Shown in pieces: positions 1 through 9,549 of a stretch of DNA of 64,000 nt. Position 1 is the stretch's first letter, and each line of letters opens with the position of its first letter. The DNA lies in IMG/VR virus record IMGVR_UViG_3300044623_001092; one strand, given 5' to 3'. The notes beneath the pieces are model-generated. The model did not search any database. It saw only the letters and a program-made list of their open reading frames with translations, and was not told the origin of the DNA. Both the position numbers and the translations under genes were made by a program. This stretch comes from a virus.

Positions 1-450
1 CGCAGAACCTAACGTACCACTGTTTACCCCTGAGTTACCACCACCCGCAGCGGCATCACCACTTTGTATGATAACATTCGCGGCAGTTTTTCCTGTATCA
101 GGTGATACCATAATGTATGATAACGTACCCGCACCACCATTACTATTTGTCGCACCACCAATACCATTTGACCCACCACTACCAACTTGTATGTATATCA
201 TATCGGGTAAATAAGCCGATGGAATTAATGCGACAGTTCCACCTGCGGAACCACCACTACCACCTCCACGTCTTGCGGTACCTGTACCACCACCTTGACC
301 TCCACCGCCACCTCCTCCACCTCCTAATACAAAGAAATGAACGAATTGACAATTCGAAGGCTTATTCCAAGTATGGAATGAGTTAACACCATTTGCGAAA
401 AAGACTTGTCGTTGTTGACTACCGTCAACTATATTAAAAGTATCTATCAT
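1..450 (-). CDS. Glycine-rich tail-fibre-like protein, 3'-truncated by window edge (paralog of 453..1382)
   Basis: Manual translation from ATG 450: MIDTFNIVDGSQQRQVFFANGVNSFHTWNKPSNCQFVHFFVLGGGGGGGGG..., open to base 1; aligns with TWIKPPNCKWVNFFLVGGG of the neighbouring gene; absent from the ORF track. Confidence 0.8.
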   Translation of the reverse strand, partial: MIDTFNIVDGSQQRQVFFANGVNSFHTWNKPSNCQFVHFFVLGGGGGGGGGQGGGTGTARRGGGSGGSAGGTVALIPSAYLPDMIYIQVGSGGSNGIGGATNSNGGAGTLSYIMVSPDTGKTAANVIIQSGDAAAGGGNSGVNSGTLGSA

Positions 451-452
451 AT

Positions 453-1382
453 TTAACTTACTGTAATCATTATAAATCCATCACCACCAATACCACCGAT
501 ACCCGCAGTTGAGTTACCTCCAGCACCTCCACCTCCGCCACCACAACCGAACATACCGTCACCACCTTTTCCACCAATTCCTGCGGTCTGTGAAGCCGCA
601 CCACCTCCAGCACCACCTGTGAAAAACATTGGTGTTTTAAAATTAGGTCCAACGAAGTTTTCTCTTGTTGCATACCCATTATTACCAAATCCTGCGGTTG
701 CACTTTGGACTGCGGTGTTTGTACCACCCGATATAGTGGGGAAGTCTAAAATACCAACAATACTCGCCGACGTACCTAAAGTACCTACCGAACTACATCC
801 AGCACCTCCCGCACCACCTGTAAATGGTTTACCTGATGGTGTTACGTTTGGTGCAGCACCACTTGATGAACCACCCGTACCACCCGCTTGTCCCGCGTAT
901 GCCGATATAAAGGCAACATCGGATAATAAGATATCCGCGGCGGTAATTACAGTACCTGCGGTAGCTGAAACACCTAACGCACCTGCACCTGCAGTTCCAC
1001 TTTTCATTAATATATTATACGGGGATGTTGTATCAGGAATTGTACATACATAACTTAACCCACCTGGACCACCTTGTGGTGTACCACCTGATTCACCAAA
1101 AAAACCACCTCGCCCAACTTGTAAATACAATTGGTCAGGTAATGCGAACGCTGGAACTGTAATGTAAGCAAAAGCCGCAGAACCACCACCACTACCACCA
1201 CTACGTGTTGAAGCAGCACCTGTTTGACCACCTTGACCACCAGCACCACCACCAACTAAAAAAAAGTTAACCCATTTACAGTTGGGTGGTTTTATCCAAG
1301 TTTGCCAAGCATTAGTTCCTGCGAAATAAAATGTTTGGTTTTTTAAACTATTATCATTTATATGATTATAATCTATACCCAT
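453..1382 (-). CDS. Glycine-rich domain protein, likely tail fibre/virion-associated
   Basis: TWxKP...VGGGAGG start, GGGGGG runs and C-terminal GGxGGDGFIMIT typical of phage Gly-rich fibre domains. Confidence 0.75.
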   Translation of the reverse strand: MGIDYNHINDNSLKNQTFYFAGTNAWQTWIKPPNCKWVNFFLVGGGAGGQGGQTGAASTRSGGSGGGSAAFAYITVPAFALPDQLYLQVGRGGFFGESGGTPQGGPGGLSYVCTIPDTTSPYNILMKSGTAGAGALGVSATAGTVITAADILLSDVAFISAYAGQAGGTGGSSSGAAPNVTPSGKPFTGGAGGAGCSSVGTLGTSASIVGILDFPTISGGTNTAVQSATAGFGNNGYATRENFVGPNFKTPMFFTGGAGGGAASQTAGIGGKGGDGMFGCGGGGGGAGGNSTAGIGGIGGDGFIMITVS

Positions 1383-1384
1383 AA

Positions 1385-1564
1385 TTAATTAGCCCAAATA
1401 GGTCTCTCAGGAAATTCATTTATTACGTTATAACCATAACTCCCTTCAAGAGTTAAAGTATTACCATCTAAATCAGTATTTCTAATAACTTGTCCGTTAC
1501 TAATTTCTTGATACAACTGACCTTCATAACCGTAGTTAAATTCACACAATATATATTCAAACAT
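1385..1564 (-). CDS. Small hypothetical protein (possible fibre chaperone)
   Basis: ORF track 1385..1585; ATG 1564 (MFEYIL) avoids overlap with the upstream gene; tight operon spacing. Confidence 0.6.
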   Translation of the reverse strand: MFEYILCEFNYGYEGQLYQEISNGQVIRNTDLDGNTLTLEGSYGYNVINEFPERPIWAN

Positions 1565-1568
1565 AATC

Positions 1569-1991
1569 TTAGTATTTACCACCAATAACTGTTACATCAT
1601 ATCCCGCAGCGACTGCCGTTCCTACTGTAACAAATAATTTATAACCCGCAGGTAATGCAAAATTTAAAGGTAATTCATAAGTTGGTAAAGCTGAAGTTTC
1701 AGATAATGTTGTTGCTGGTAATGAAATTTCATCCCACAATGTATTATTATCAGTCGTACCTGTAACCCCACCATTATTAATAAAGATTCTAGCCACTGTT
1801 GCTACGTTAGTACCTAACGCTCTGAATCTCATTCTTTGGACATAACCACCTGTTGCAGATGCGGTAAACGACAAATAAGCGGTTCCCGATGTTAAATCTT
1901 TAGTTGTATTAGCCGTTACAACAGGTCCAATCCATTGAGTTTCTCCTGATGACGTATAAATTGGTTGTGTATTTAATGAAGTATTTGCCAT
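1569..1991 (-). CDS. Hypothetical beta-rich virion protein
   Basis: 140 aa, Thr/Gly-rich, in the fibre operon. Confidence 0.65.
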   Translation of the reverse strand: MANTSLNTQPIYTSSGETQWIGPVVTANTTKDLTSGTAYLSFTASATGGYVQRMRFRALGTNVATVARIFINNGGVTGTTDNNTLWDEISLPATTLSETSALPTYELPLNFALPAGYKLFVTVGTAVAAGYDVTVIGGKY

Positions 1992-2018
1992 TGTATATTA
2001 TTTATTTTTTATTTATTT

Positions 2019-4673
2019 TTATGTTAAAAAGTTTCCTGTCATTATAGCATTTGCTAATCCATAGTTAAAGGCCGTTTGTATTGTTGATGGGTCCACCCAA
2101 TTGGCTTTACCGTCAGCCGTTACTGAAACTAAAACTTTATTAAGTCCTTCGGTACTATCTTGTAATTGGACTGAGTAATTTGTTGTCCCAAAACTTCCAA
2201 CATTCGACACAAATTTACCACCGATAAATTCTCCAGCAGAACCGTCATTCCCTTCTGATGCGACACCGTATACACCAATACCACCATAATCACTATTTAC
2301 AATAAATCTACCACCATTGGGTAACGTACTACCTAATCCAACACCACCAGCTACCCCATAAACACCGAAAGGGTATGCAGTTCCTCCACCAAAGGATTCT
2401 CCATAAACCCCATATCCACTTGAAGAAATCCCTTTAACTCCGATACCACCACCAATAGAATTACCATAAACACCAACTCCCGATGATGAGGTCGTCTCAC
2501 CATAAAAAGCCCCCGCGATATTGGTACCAAAGTTACCTTTTATTTGTATCCCATATGTGTCACCTGAAGTCATGGCAACATTAATTCGAATCCCTGATGT
2601 TGGTGCGATTCCTATTCCAACACCCTGAGCATTGTCTTGAATCTGACTATCACCTAGTCCTGTTGTTCCCGTCCATTTTGGTAAATAATTTGTCGTACCT
2701 GAACCTTTAACAACACCTGTTAAATTGGTTCCGTTACCATAGTAAGTACCTCCTGAGATTGTTGTTGCAGAAATTGTTGTTGCGGTCACACCATCACTAT
2801 TAGCGATAAAACCATTTGTTTGAAATGTTAAACCTGAAAAATAACCGTCAGCTCTAATAAATGAAGTAACCGTTCCTCCTGAATTTAGAAATTCAATTAA
2901 ACTAGTTATGTTGTCAGCAGTTCCTGCACCGTTCTTAATAGATACCGCACCTAATGTTGAGTTAGTTGTTATCTCAGGACTTACCGAGTTATTATAAGCT
3001 TGTTGTAATGTAGTTGTTGATAGACCAGCTGTACCACCTAACAGTTCACCAAATTTAGAAACAGGTGTAAAAATAGCATAATCAGTATTGGTTAATGGTT
3101 CACCATCAGCGACAATATCATTTCTCACCGATATTATTCCAATTAACACTCCCGTTGTTTTAGCATTCGGATAAACAACAAATGTTTCAGATTGAATTCC
3201 TGAAACTGCCGCAGTTAAATTATTGTAATTAGTTTGACCATAAAGAATATTTATAACACCTGTAGGGTATAAATACACCCGTTGATTACTAGCGTTATCA
3301 CTACCAGCACCACCCATACTAGTTATTACACCACCAACATCATATTTGGTTGGGTCAATAACTGAAACCGCCGAACTAGTTCCACCTGTTTGAGTTCTAT
3401 AAAAAAACGACGCAGCAACTTTTGATGAAATTACCACACTATTCGGGTCTAATTCATTAGTTGTCCAACCAACACCATTACCCCAAAGAATACCTGATGA
3501 TGTGTTAATATTTAAATTATTACCATTTGGTGATACTAATATACCATCATTAATCATTTTAATTGGTGTCCACAAATCACGCAACGCTGACATTGAAGAT
3601 ACATCATAATCAACTGTATTATTCACCGCTAGGATAGTTAACCTATTAGGATGAACAACTTTACCTAAAAATATGTTTTCACGTCTTTGTTGTGGTGTTG
3701 GGAAAGTTGTCTGTTGAAATAACGTTGCTCCACTATTCACTAAAAAATATGTCGCATCAGAGGTACTAAGATTAGGTAATGAAATACCAGTACCACCACT
3801 ATAGTAGATATTTAAAACTGATGGTTTTGTTGAGTTTATCGGACCTGTGTTATACACCATCCAACCCCTCATCGGAGCCACGTTAATAGTTGTGGTTGAT
3901 GCCGTAGTCGCACCAGTATATGAATAAACACCTGTTGATATTGTATTACCCAATAATACGTTAATTTCTAGTTGTGTTAAACTTAGTGCAAGATTTTCAT
4001 TAGTAATACTTACTAATATTTTACCTGTTGTTGCGTTTGATTCCACACAATAACCAACCACAGATATTCTAGATGTTAATGCAATGTTATTTGGGTCATT
4101 AGTTAAACCACCATCAACAGTATCAGATAAAAACACCTCTTGTCCCGCAGTGAATGCCGTTGTATTTAAATCTCTAACAAGGCCAAAATTGGTTATAAAA
4201 CCATATTCACCATTTGGTATGTCGTGAGTTGCAACACCAGAAGTTTGAGATAAACCCTGAATAAAAGTCGTGCCTATTTTAGACGCGTTTGCTAACGCCA
4301 CCGTAGGAACACCACTTGTTGAACCTGTTATATGAAGAACTTGCCCATTATTAATTTGAAACCCTAAATCATTATAAATTCTAATTAAACTTTCTTGACC
4401 CAAATTAACCGTAACGTCATTATTATTAGTTATTGGTTTGTATGATAACGCATTTTCATTATAATCGTAATATATGGTACCTCCCGTTGGGTTTGTGGTA
4501 CCAGAAGTATTAAAATCAATTTGATTTACATTTTGTAGTATTTCATCCCTCGTAATTCGTTTCGAACTACCCGTTGGGTCATCCGTCGGGTCACTAACAT
4601 CCACAACATAGAACAAATCTTGACCTGTTATGGCGGTCAATGCGGGTAATAAGGGTAATTTTTCGTTAGCCAT
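2019..4673 (-). CDS. Tail-fibre-like structural protein
   Basis: 884 aa; N-terminal LPALTAITGQDLFYVVD...SKRIT motif, GxGTTNYLPKWTG motif and GVGVYG repeats typical of phage fibres. Confidence 0.7.
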   Translation of the reverse strand: MANEKLPLLPALTAITGQDLFYVVDVSDPTDDPTGSSKRITRDEILQNVNQIDFNTSGTTNPTGGTIYYDYNENALSYKPITNNNDVTVNLGQESLIRIYNDLGFQINNGQVLHITGSTSGVPTVALANASKIGTTFIQGLSQTSGVATHDIPNGEYGFITNFGLVRDLNTTAFTAGQEVFLSDTVDGGLTNDPNNIALTSRISVVGYCVESNATTGKILVSITNENLALSLTQLEINVLLGNTISTGVYSYTGATTASTTTINVAPMRGWMVYNTGPINSTKPSVLNIYYSGGTGISLPNLSTSDATYFLVNSGATLFQQTTFPTPQQRRENIFLGKVVHPNRLTILAVNNTVDYDVSSMSALRDLWTPIKMINDGILVSPNGNNLNINTSSGILWGNGVGWTTNELDPNSVVISSKVAASFFYRTQTGGTSSAVSVIDPTKYDVGGVITSMGGAGSDNASNQRVYLYPTGVINILYGQTNYNNLTAAVSGIQSETFVVYPNAKTTGVLIGIISVRNDIVADGEPLTNTDYAIFTPVSKFGELLGGTAGLSTTTLQQAYNNSVSPEITTNSTLGAVSIKNGAGTADNITSLIEFLNSGGTVTSFIRADGYFSGLTFQTNGFIANSDGVTATTISATTISGGTYYGNGTNLTGVVKGSGTTNYLPKWTGTTGLGDSQIQDNAQGVGIGIAPTSGIRINVAMTSGDTYGIQIKGNFGTNIAGAFYGETTSSSGVGVYGNSIGGGIGVKGISSSGYGVYGESFGGGTAYPFGVYGVAGGVGLGSTLPNGGRFIVNSDYGGIGVYGVASEGNDGSAGEFIGGKFVSNVGSFGTTNYSVQLQDSTEGLNKVLVSVTADGKANWVDPSTIQTAFNYGLANAIMTGNFLT

Positions 4674-4753
4674 TTAATAAAGTCTATAAAGTTTTATTTA
4701 TCTTTTATAATAAATATAACGATTAGACCGTTTTTCATTTTATTACCACTAAT

Positions 4754-4777
4754 AAAAAAAGGAACACTATTGGTTCC
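4754..4777 (-). terminator. Putative intrinsic terminator after the DUF3310 gene
   Basis: ggaac-7nt-gttcc hairpin followed by T7 on the minus strand. Confidence 0.45.
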
Positions 4778-4997
4778 CTTTCTTTTCTAATTGTTCAATA
4801 TGATGTTGTAGATACCACAACGCTTTTTTAAGGTCTTGCAATTCTTTATCAGAATCTTTCTTTCCCGCTCTCGATATATACTTAACCGTATTACCTAAAC
4901 TAAATCCTAACTCCCAAGCATCAATAACTTTGATTGCTTCATACACATTCTCTTCACCACCATAATGTGTTGGGTGGTTTACTTGTTCATTACTCAT
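4767..4997 (-). CDS. DUF3310 family protein (T7 gp1.7-like nucleotide kinase family)
   Basis: VNHPTHY...GFSLGNTVKYISRAGKK...QDLKKALWYL signature. Confidence 0.85.
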   Translation of the reverse strand: MSNEQVNHPTHYGGEENVYEAIKVIDAWELGFSLGNTVKYISRAGKKDSDKELQDLKKALWYLQHHIEQLEKKGNQ

Positions 4998-5003
4998 ATT
5001 ATA

Positions 5004-5189
5004 TTATTTGTTTTCTTCAATATATTGTTTAAGGTCTTCCTCAGTAACACCTTCGTTAAACATACGATACACATCGTCAGAAAAAGAATCATTAACAATC
5101 ACCGCATCAGGTTTACCCAAGTAAGTCATAATATTATTTACGTTATTAATAATATTTTCTTTCTTTAAAATTCTTTTATTGAAACTCAT
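5004..5189 (-). CDS. Hypothetical protein
   Basis: 61-aa ORF coupled to the upstream gene by a 1-nt overlap. Confidence 0.65.
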   Translation of the reverse strand: MSFNKRILKKENIINNVNNIMTYLGKPDAVIVNDSFSDDVYRMFNEGVTEEDLKQYIEENK

Positions 5190-5968
5190 TATGATAAAGT
5201 TTTATGAATAATTTTAGTTTCCCTAGTTTGATTGATGTACGACAATATCTTTCTCTTGAATATCGGTAACAATGTTTCCTTTAATGGGAAAATATTACTA
5301 CACTTCACTTCAATAATCGGACATAACTTTTCACCATTCTTCTCGTAAGTTTTAGAAAATGTAGAGATAATTTCCTCAACAGTCAAGTCACCTTTATCAC
5401 CTTCAAAAATTTGTTTTAAGTGAGTTTTAGTTTGGTTCTCCACTTTATAAACTTTTTTGGTTGTGTACTGCCAAATGTATAACACCTCATCATCATTCTG
5501 ATAATAGAAAAACCCCACTTTAGATTTAATATTTGATTTGTTCTTTCTAACCTTAATATCAATTGATTCATAAACAACTGACCACAATGACTTTGCGAAG
5601 TTGAAGTAATCGAATAATTGTGGTTGAGAATTTTTTAATATCTTCTTGTATTCATCAACCTCTTCGGTTGCTAGTACAGGGATATCCTTCACTTTAAGGT
5701 CCGACAACAATAATTCATCATCATTCGTTGTGAATTTCTTTTCCGTGTACAGAATTTTATTCGTATTAATTAATGTTTGAATATTACCCAAGTGTAATGA
5801 TAACTCAATAAACATGGGGTAGATTTTCATCTCTTCAAAATATTTGTTCAACTTTTGGAAATAATCTAATAGTACGTATTGTTTTTGCTCTGCATCTAAA
5901 ATCCCATTGAATAACCAATCGGTATCCATAATGAAATCAAAGTTCTTTTTTGTTTTTTTTGTTGACAT
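5189..5968 (-). CDS. Conserved hypothetical protein resembling a Bacteroidota family
   Basis: W..GILDAEQKQYVLLDY...YP...L..H and C-terminal PLKETLLPIFKR motifs resemble a recalled Bacteroidota hypothetical family. Confidence 0.6.
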   Translation of the reverse strand: MSTKKTKKNFDFIMDTDWLFNGILDAEQKQYVLLDYFQKLNKYFEEMKIYPMFIELSLHLGNIQTLINTNKILYTEKKFTTNDDELLLSDLKVKDIPVLATEEVDEYKKILKNSQPQLFDYFNFAKSLWSVVYESIDIKVRKNKSNIKSKVGFFYYQNDDEVLYIWQYTTKKVYKVENQTKTHLKQIFEGDKGDLTVEEIISTFSKTYEKNGEKLCPIIEVKCSNIFPLKETLLPIFKRKILSYINQTRETKIIHKTLS

Positions 5969-6005
5969 AACATAAATATAATCAAGATTATTGCGTTAAT
6001 GTAGT

Positions 6006-7415
6006 TTATTCAGTTCTCATTATGTAATAAGTTGTATTATCAACATCAACAGTCTCATAACTACCATCATGACTATTCAAATCACCATAATCAGAGTTTC
6101 TCGATAATTCTTCATATATACAATCAGTGTCAACATAATCTCTAATGGTGAATCCCATATTTTTAAGATAATCTAATGGGTCTCTTTTAACCTGATAAAC
6201 CATATCATCAACCTTATCTTGAATCATACTTTCTGAAATTTCTTTTGACTCATTAATTTCCTCAATTTCTTCCTCAGCTTTAGTTTTATTTTCCTCCGCT
6301 TCATCAATTAACTCTTGAAGTTCTTGTTGTTGTTGATTATAACCATCTTCATCATCCGTGTCAAATTCCATTTCTGTTTGTTCATTACTCTTCTCAGAAA
6401 TATATTCATCCAACTCAGTAATATAATCTTCCAATTCTGAAATTCTATGTTGTTGGCTAGATGATAATTCCTTATCATCATCATTAAACCAACTATCAGG
6501 GTCTTCCTCAATTTGATACCTATAATCTTCTTCAGCAACTTCAATAACCGCATCAGCATCAATACAGTTTTCTAATGTATATTCTTGAAGTCCATCCAAC
6601 CCAACGTCATCCACATAATTTTTCCAATATTCTTCAAGAGCATAGTCCATTTCTGTTTGAGTTCCAACACTATATATTCTTAGTCGACTACCTTTCCTTA
6701 ACGGTATAACATTAAAAGTATCAACACCATAATGAGAATGACCATCAGGTACAACAGTGTTATAGATATCGTTATTTCTTTCTTCAAGTTCACCAATTTC
6801 TTCTTCCAACTCACTTAACTTATCATATAATTCACTTGCTTCTTCAGAGTCTTCAGATTCTTGATACTCTTTTTCAATACGAGCATATCTTCTTTTAAGT
6901 TCAACCAAAGTTTCTCTTTCATCATCATCCATACTTTCAATCTCCCCTTCATCAATCAGAAATTGAAATAACGCATTGGCTCTATTAGCTTCATCACTCT
7001 TACCAATTTCCCACTCATTATTCTCACGTCTTTCTTCATTTTGCGCCAACCATTTTGCGTCTTGTTTACGAAGTCGTGCGGTTTCAATTGGTGTCCCACT
7101 ATCCCAAACATGTCCTTTAACATGTACAGGAGATAACTTACTAATTCTAGTATTACTAATATCTAAAGAACCATCAACATATGCCACGTTACCCAATGTT
7201 GAAATTGGACGACCTCTAACATTTAAACTACCCGTTATATATAATGGTTTACCACCAAACTTTTTAATTTTAGTAAACCCAGGACTATTATCGGAAAAAT
7301 CTAATAGTTGAATGTATTCTTCAGGTGTTATACGATAGTATTCATCAGAGTCGTCTTGCTCAACAATTAGGTTAACTAGTCTACGTAATTTACTATGATT
7401 GATATTTTGTTTCAT
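6006..7415 (-). CDS. Highly acidic coiled-coil protein with N-terminal LRR-like (GSLDISNT) repeats
   Basis: ATG 7415 (MKQNIN) preferred over the TTG start at 7448; GSLNVRG/GSLDISNT repeats; D/E-rich coiled segments. Confidence 0.7.
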   Translation of the reverse strand: MKQNINHSKLRRLVNLIVEQDDSDEYYRITPEEYIQLLDFSDNSPGFTKIKKFGGKPLYITGSLNVRGRPISTLGNVAYVDGSLDISNTRISKLSPVHVKGHVWDSGTPIETARLRKQDAKWLAQNEERRENNEWEIGKSDEANRANALFQFLIDEGEIESMDDDERETLVELKRRYARIEKEYQESEDSEEASELYDKLSELEEEIGELEERNNDIYNTVVPDGHSHYGVDTFNVIPLRKGSRLRIYSVGTQTEMDYALEEYWKNYVDDVGLDGLQEYTLENCIDADAVIEVAEEDYRYQIEEDPDSWFNDDDKELSSSQQHRISELEDYITELDEYISEKSNEQTEMEFDTDDEDGYNQQQQELQELIDEAEENKTKAEEEIEEINESKEISESMIQDKVDDMVYQVKRDPLDYLKNMGFTIRDYVDTDCIYEELSRNSDYGDLNSHDGSYETVDVDNTTYYIMRTE

Positions 7416-7528
7416 ACTAATAAATATTAAATAATAAAAATAAAACAAGTATTTTATTTACATATTGTTTCCCAATCAGATATTTATAGACGTATACAGA
7501 TAAATAAACGTTTAAAAAAATTATCACT

Positions 7529-7675
7529 ATGGGATGCGGATGTAAAAACAAAGCAAATCAACCAGCACAACCAACACAACAAAGTGCTTCACCTCAAGGT
7601 CAACCAACTAATAACTCTTCAATTCAAGAGTCAATTAAAAAAGTTGTTGAGAAATACTATACTAAGAAAAAATAA
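7529..7675 (+). CDS. Small MGCGCK-motif protein (48 aa)
   Basis: Manual: MGCGCKNKANQPAQPTQQSASPQGQPTNNSSIQESIKKVVEKYYTKKK; TATTTATA at 7481 upstream and terminator downstream. Confidence 0.75.
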   Translation: MGCGCKNKANQPAQPTQQSASPQGQPTNNSSIQESIKKVVEKYYTKKK

Positions 7676-7696
7676 TTCTTGGTTTCTAGAAAGGTG

Positions 7697-7725
7697 AAAG
7701 GAGGACTATGTGTTCTCCTTTTTTT
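7697..7725 (+). terminator. Intrinsic terminator
   Basis: aaaggaggac-tatgt-gttctcc followed by a T run. Confidence 0.7.
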
Positions 7726-7780
7726 GTTTTAGTATTTAAGGTGTTATTTATTTTAATTATTAATTATCAAAAATAACAAT

Positions 7781-8596
7781 ATGAAATACATTAATTTAAA
7801 ATCAAACAGAGGTCTCGTTAATAAAATGGCCGATTTCATTTTGACTAAACTTACCCTTGAATATGATTCAGTTATTGAAGTGACAGATTGTGGTAAATTT
7901 TTCGTTATAAATGGGATGACAAATTCTAAGGAAGTTTTAGAAATGTCAAAAATCAAAGAACAATTCTTAGAAGACAATAAAGAACTATTAATTGAGTTTG
8001 GTTATGAGAATGTCAACGTAATAGATTTAATCATGTACGACGTTGAATTAGAACAAAAAACCGACTATTGGTTCACTTACTACAAAACTCATCGTCCCTC
8101 GTTCTCTAAAGAACAACAAGAGTTATCAGAACACACCGATTTAAACATTTGGTCAATCACCCAAACCGATACCTTAAACATAGAACTTGATTACTCAGAA
8201 AGAGAAACTTCCAACTTAACTAACTTCACTTATTCCCCCCTAACAACAACATCTGAATTCCCGTATGGTCACAGTTTAAATATGGGTAGACTTCACTACT
8301 ACTATTCAGAATATATCTCCAATCACATCTTCACAACTATAGACGCTAAGAAGATTGATTTTAAAATCTCAACTAAATTAAATAATGACGAAGATTTTGA
8401 TATTGAATTAATATCAGATTCTAAATTGTATTCGAAAGAAGTAATTAAATCTTTGGTATTGGACGTGTTTGACTTTAACTTGGATAACTTCAAGTTTATA
8501 CTATCTAACTACGATATCAGGGAAGACTTAGAATTACCATTTGGACCTAAACCTTGGTTAGTTAAAGACAGAATAGAAGACTTAATAGTATTCTAA
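7781..8596 (+). CDS. Degenerate S-adenosylmethionine synthetase (MetK)-like protein lacking the central domain and catalytic motifs
   Basis: By-eye alignment to recalled MetK N-terminal domain (NKMADFIL/IEVTDCGKFFVINGMT/EFGY) and C-terminal domain (GRLHYYYSEYISNHI/LVLDVFDF/PWLVKDRI); GHPDK and GAGDQG absent. Confidence 0.6.
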   Translation: MKYINLKSNRGLVNKMADFILTKLTLEYDSVIEVTDCGKFFVINGMTNSKEVLEMSKIKEQFLEDNKELLIEFGYENVNVIDLIMYDVELEQKTDYWFTYYKTHRPSFSKEQQELSEHTDLNIWSITQTDTLNIELDYSERETSNLTNFTYSPLTTTSEFPYGHSLNMGRLHYYYSEYISNHIFTTIDAKKIDFKISTKLNNDEDFDIELISDSKLYSKEVIKSLVLDVFDFNLDNFKFILSNYDIREDLELPFGPKPWLVKDRIEDLIVF

Positions 8597-8597
8597 C

Positions 8598-8628
8598 AAA
8601 AAACCCCCAATTAAATGGGGGTTTTTTT
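8598..8628. terminator. Bidirectional intrinsic terminator between convergent genes
   Basis: aaaaaa-ccccca-attaaa-tggggg-ttttttt. Confidence 0.85.
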
Positions 8629-8908
8629 ATTTAAAGTGTTCTTTGATAATATCAACGCCTTCTTCGAGTTCATTAAAGTCTCTACCAGGTGCGAACAATA
8701 ATGAGTTCGGTACTTCATTTGGTGATTCAACAATCATAAATGCTGGTACATAATCATTTTCAGTTATTTCAACAAATAAATCATACTCATCTTTATGAGT
8801 TTCAATGTCTCTTTCATAGAACTCTAATTTGTGTTCTTTAAGTTGACCCTTAAATACATCACAGAAAGGACATCCTTTCATTGTGAAAACAATCAATACT
8901 TTATCCAT
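8627..8908 (-). CDS. Glutaredoxin/thioredoxin-fold protein
   Basis: CPFC active-site motif and VP cis-Pro motif (YVPAF). Confidence 0.8.
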   Translation of the reverse strand: MDKVLIVFTMKGCPFCDVFKGQLKEHKLEFYERDIETHKDEYDLFVEITENDYVPAFMIVESPNEVPNSLLFAPGRDFNELEEGVDIIKEHFK

Positions 8909-9233
8909 TTACCAATTCTTTTGCCATTAACATAATTTCACTCTCTTGGATTACTCCAACCTTAGTATCAACTACTTCACCTTTGTTGAATACTTTAATA
9001 GTCGGTACACTTCTGATTCCTAACGAAACCGCTAAGTCTCTGTTAGCATCAACATCCATCGTGTACATTTTAACACCCGTATTACTTTCATTTATCTGTA
9101 AAGATGTTTTGTCAAAAATAGGTTTCAACATTTTACATGGTCCACACCAAGTTGCCCAAAAGTCAACGATTAGTTTTTCCCCATTTTCAATTTTTTCATT
9201 CAATTCCTTTGCCGTTATTTCCATAGCTTTCAT
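8901..9233 (-). CDS. trxA: Thioredoxin
   Basis: VDFWATWCGPCK, IRSVPT; start may be 9224. Confidence 0.92.
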   Translation of the reverse strand: MKAMEITAKELNEKIENGEKLIVDFWATWCGPCKMLKPIFDKTSLQINESNTGVKMYTMDVDANRDLAVSLGIRSVPTIKVFNKGEVVDTKVGVIQESEIMLMAKELVNG

Positions 9234-9549
9234 TTTGTTTTTTTATTGTGTATAAAGTAAAATCAACAATATCTCGTTTGTCAATTCTTGATAATATAAA
9301 TAGATGATACTCATTATTTTCGTCAACATTATGATAAACATCAATTCCCGTAGGGTCGTATCTCAAATACTCCTCAACCATAATTTGTTTATTCTGATTC
9401 TCATCTGTCATAAACCATATAGTACTTGATTTAGACAATAGTTTAGTCAGAATTGATTTATCCTTTATCTTAATGTAAGATATGCACGGATAAACACCCC
9501 CATTGTATTCTCGGAATAAATCAATTATATGTTGTGGTATCTTTATCAT
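9196..9549 (-). CDS. Hypothetical protein
   Basis: 117-aa ORF, ATGA overlap with upstream gene. Confidence 0.6.
   Translation of the reverse strand: MIKIPQHIIDLFREYNGGVYPCISYIKIKDKSILTKLLSKSSTIWFMTDENQNKQIMVEEYLRYDPTGIDVYHNVDENNEYHLFILSRIDKRDIVDFTLYTIKKQNESYGNNGKGIE

Noticed and set aside
117-1255. His-rich, Pro-rich and Val-rich ORFs (117..386, 470..727, 619..1053, 1055..1255)
   Set aside because: Alternate-frame or antisense shadows of Gly-rich (GGT) genes
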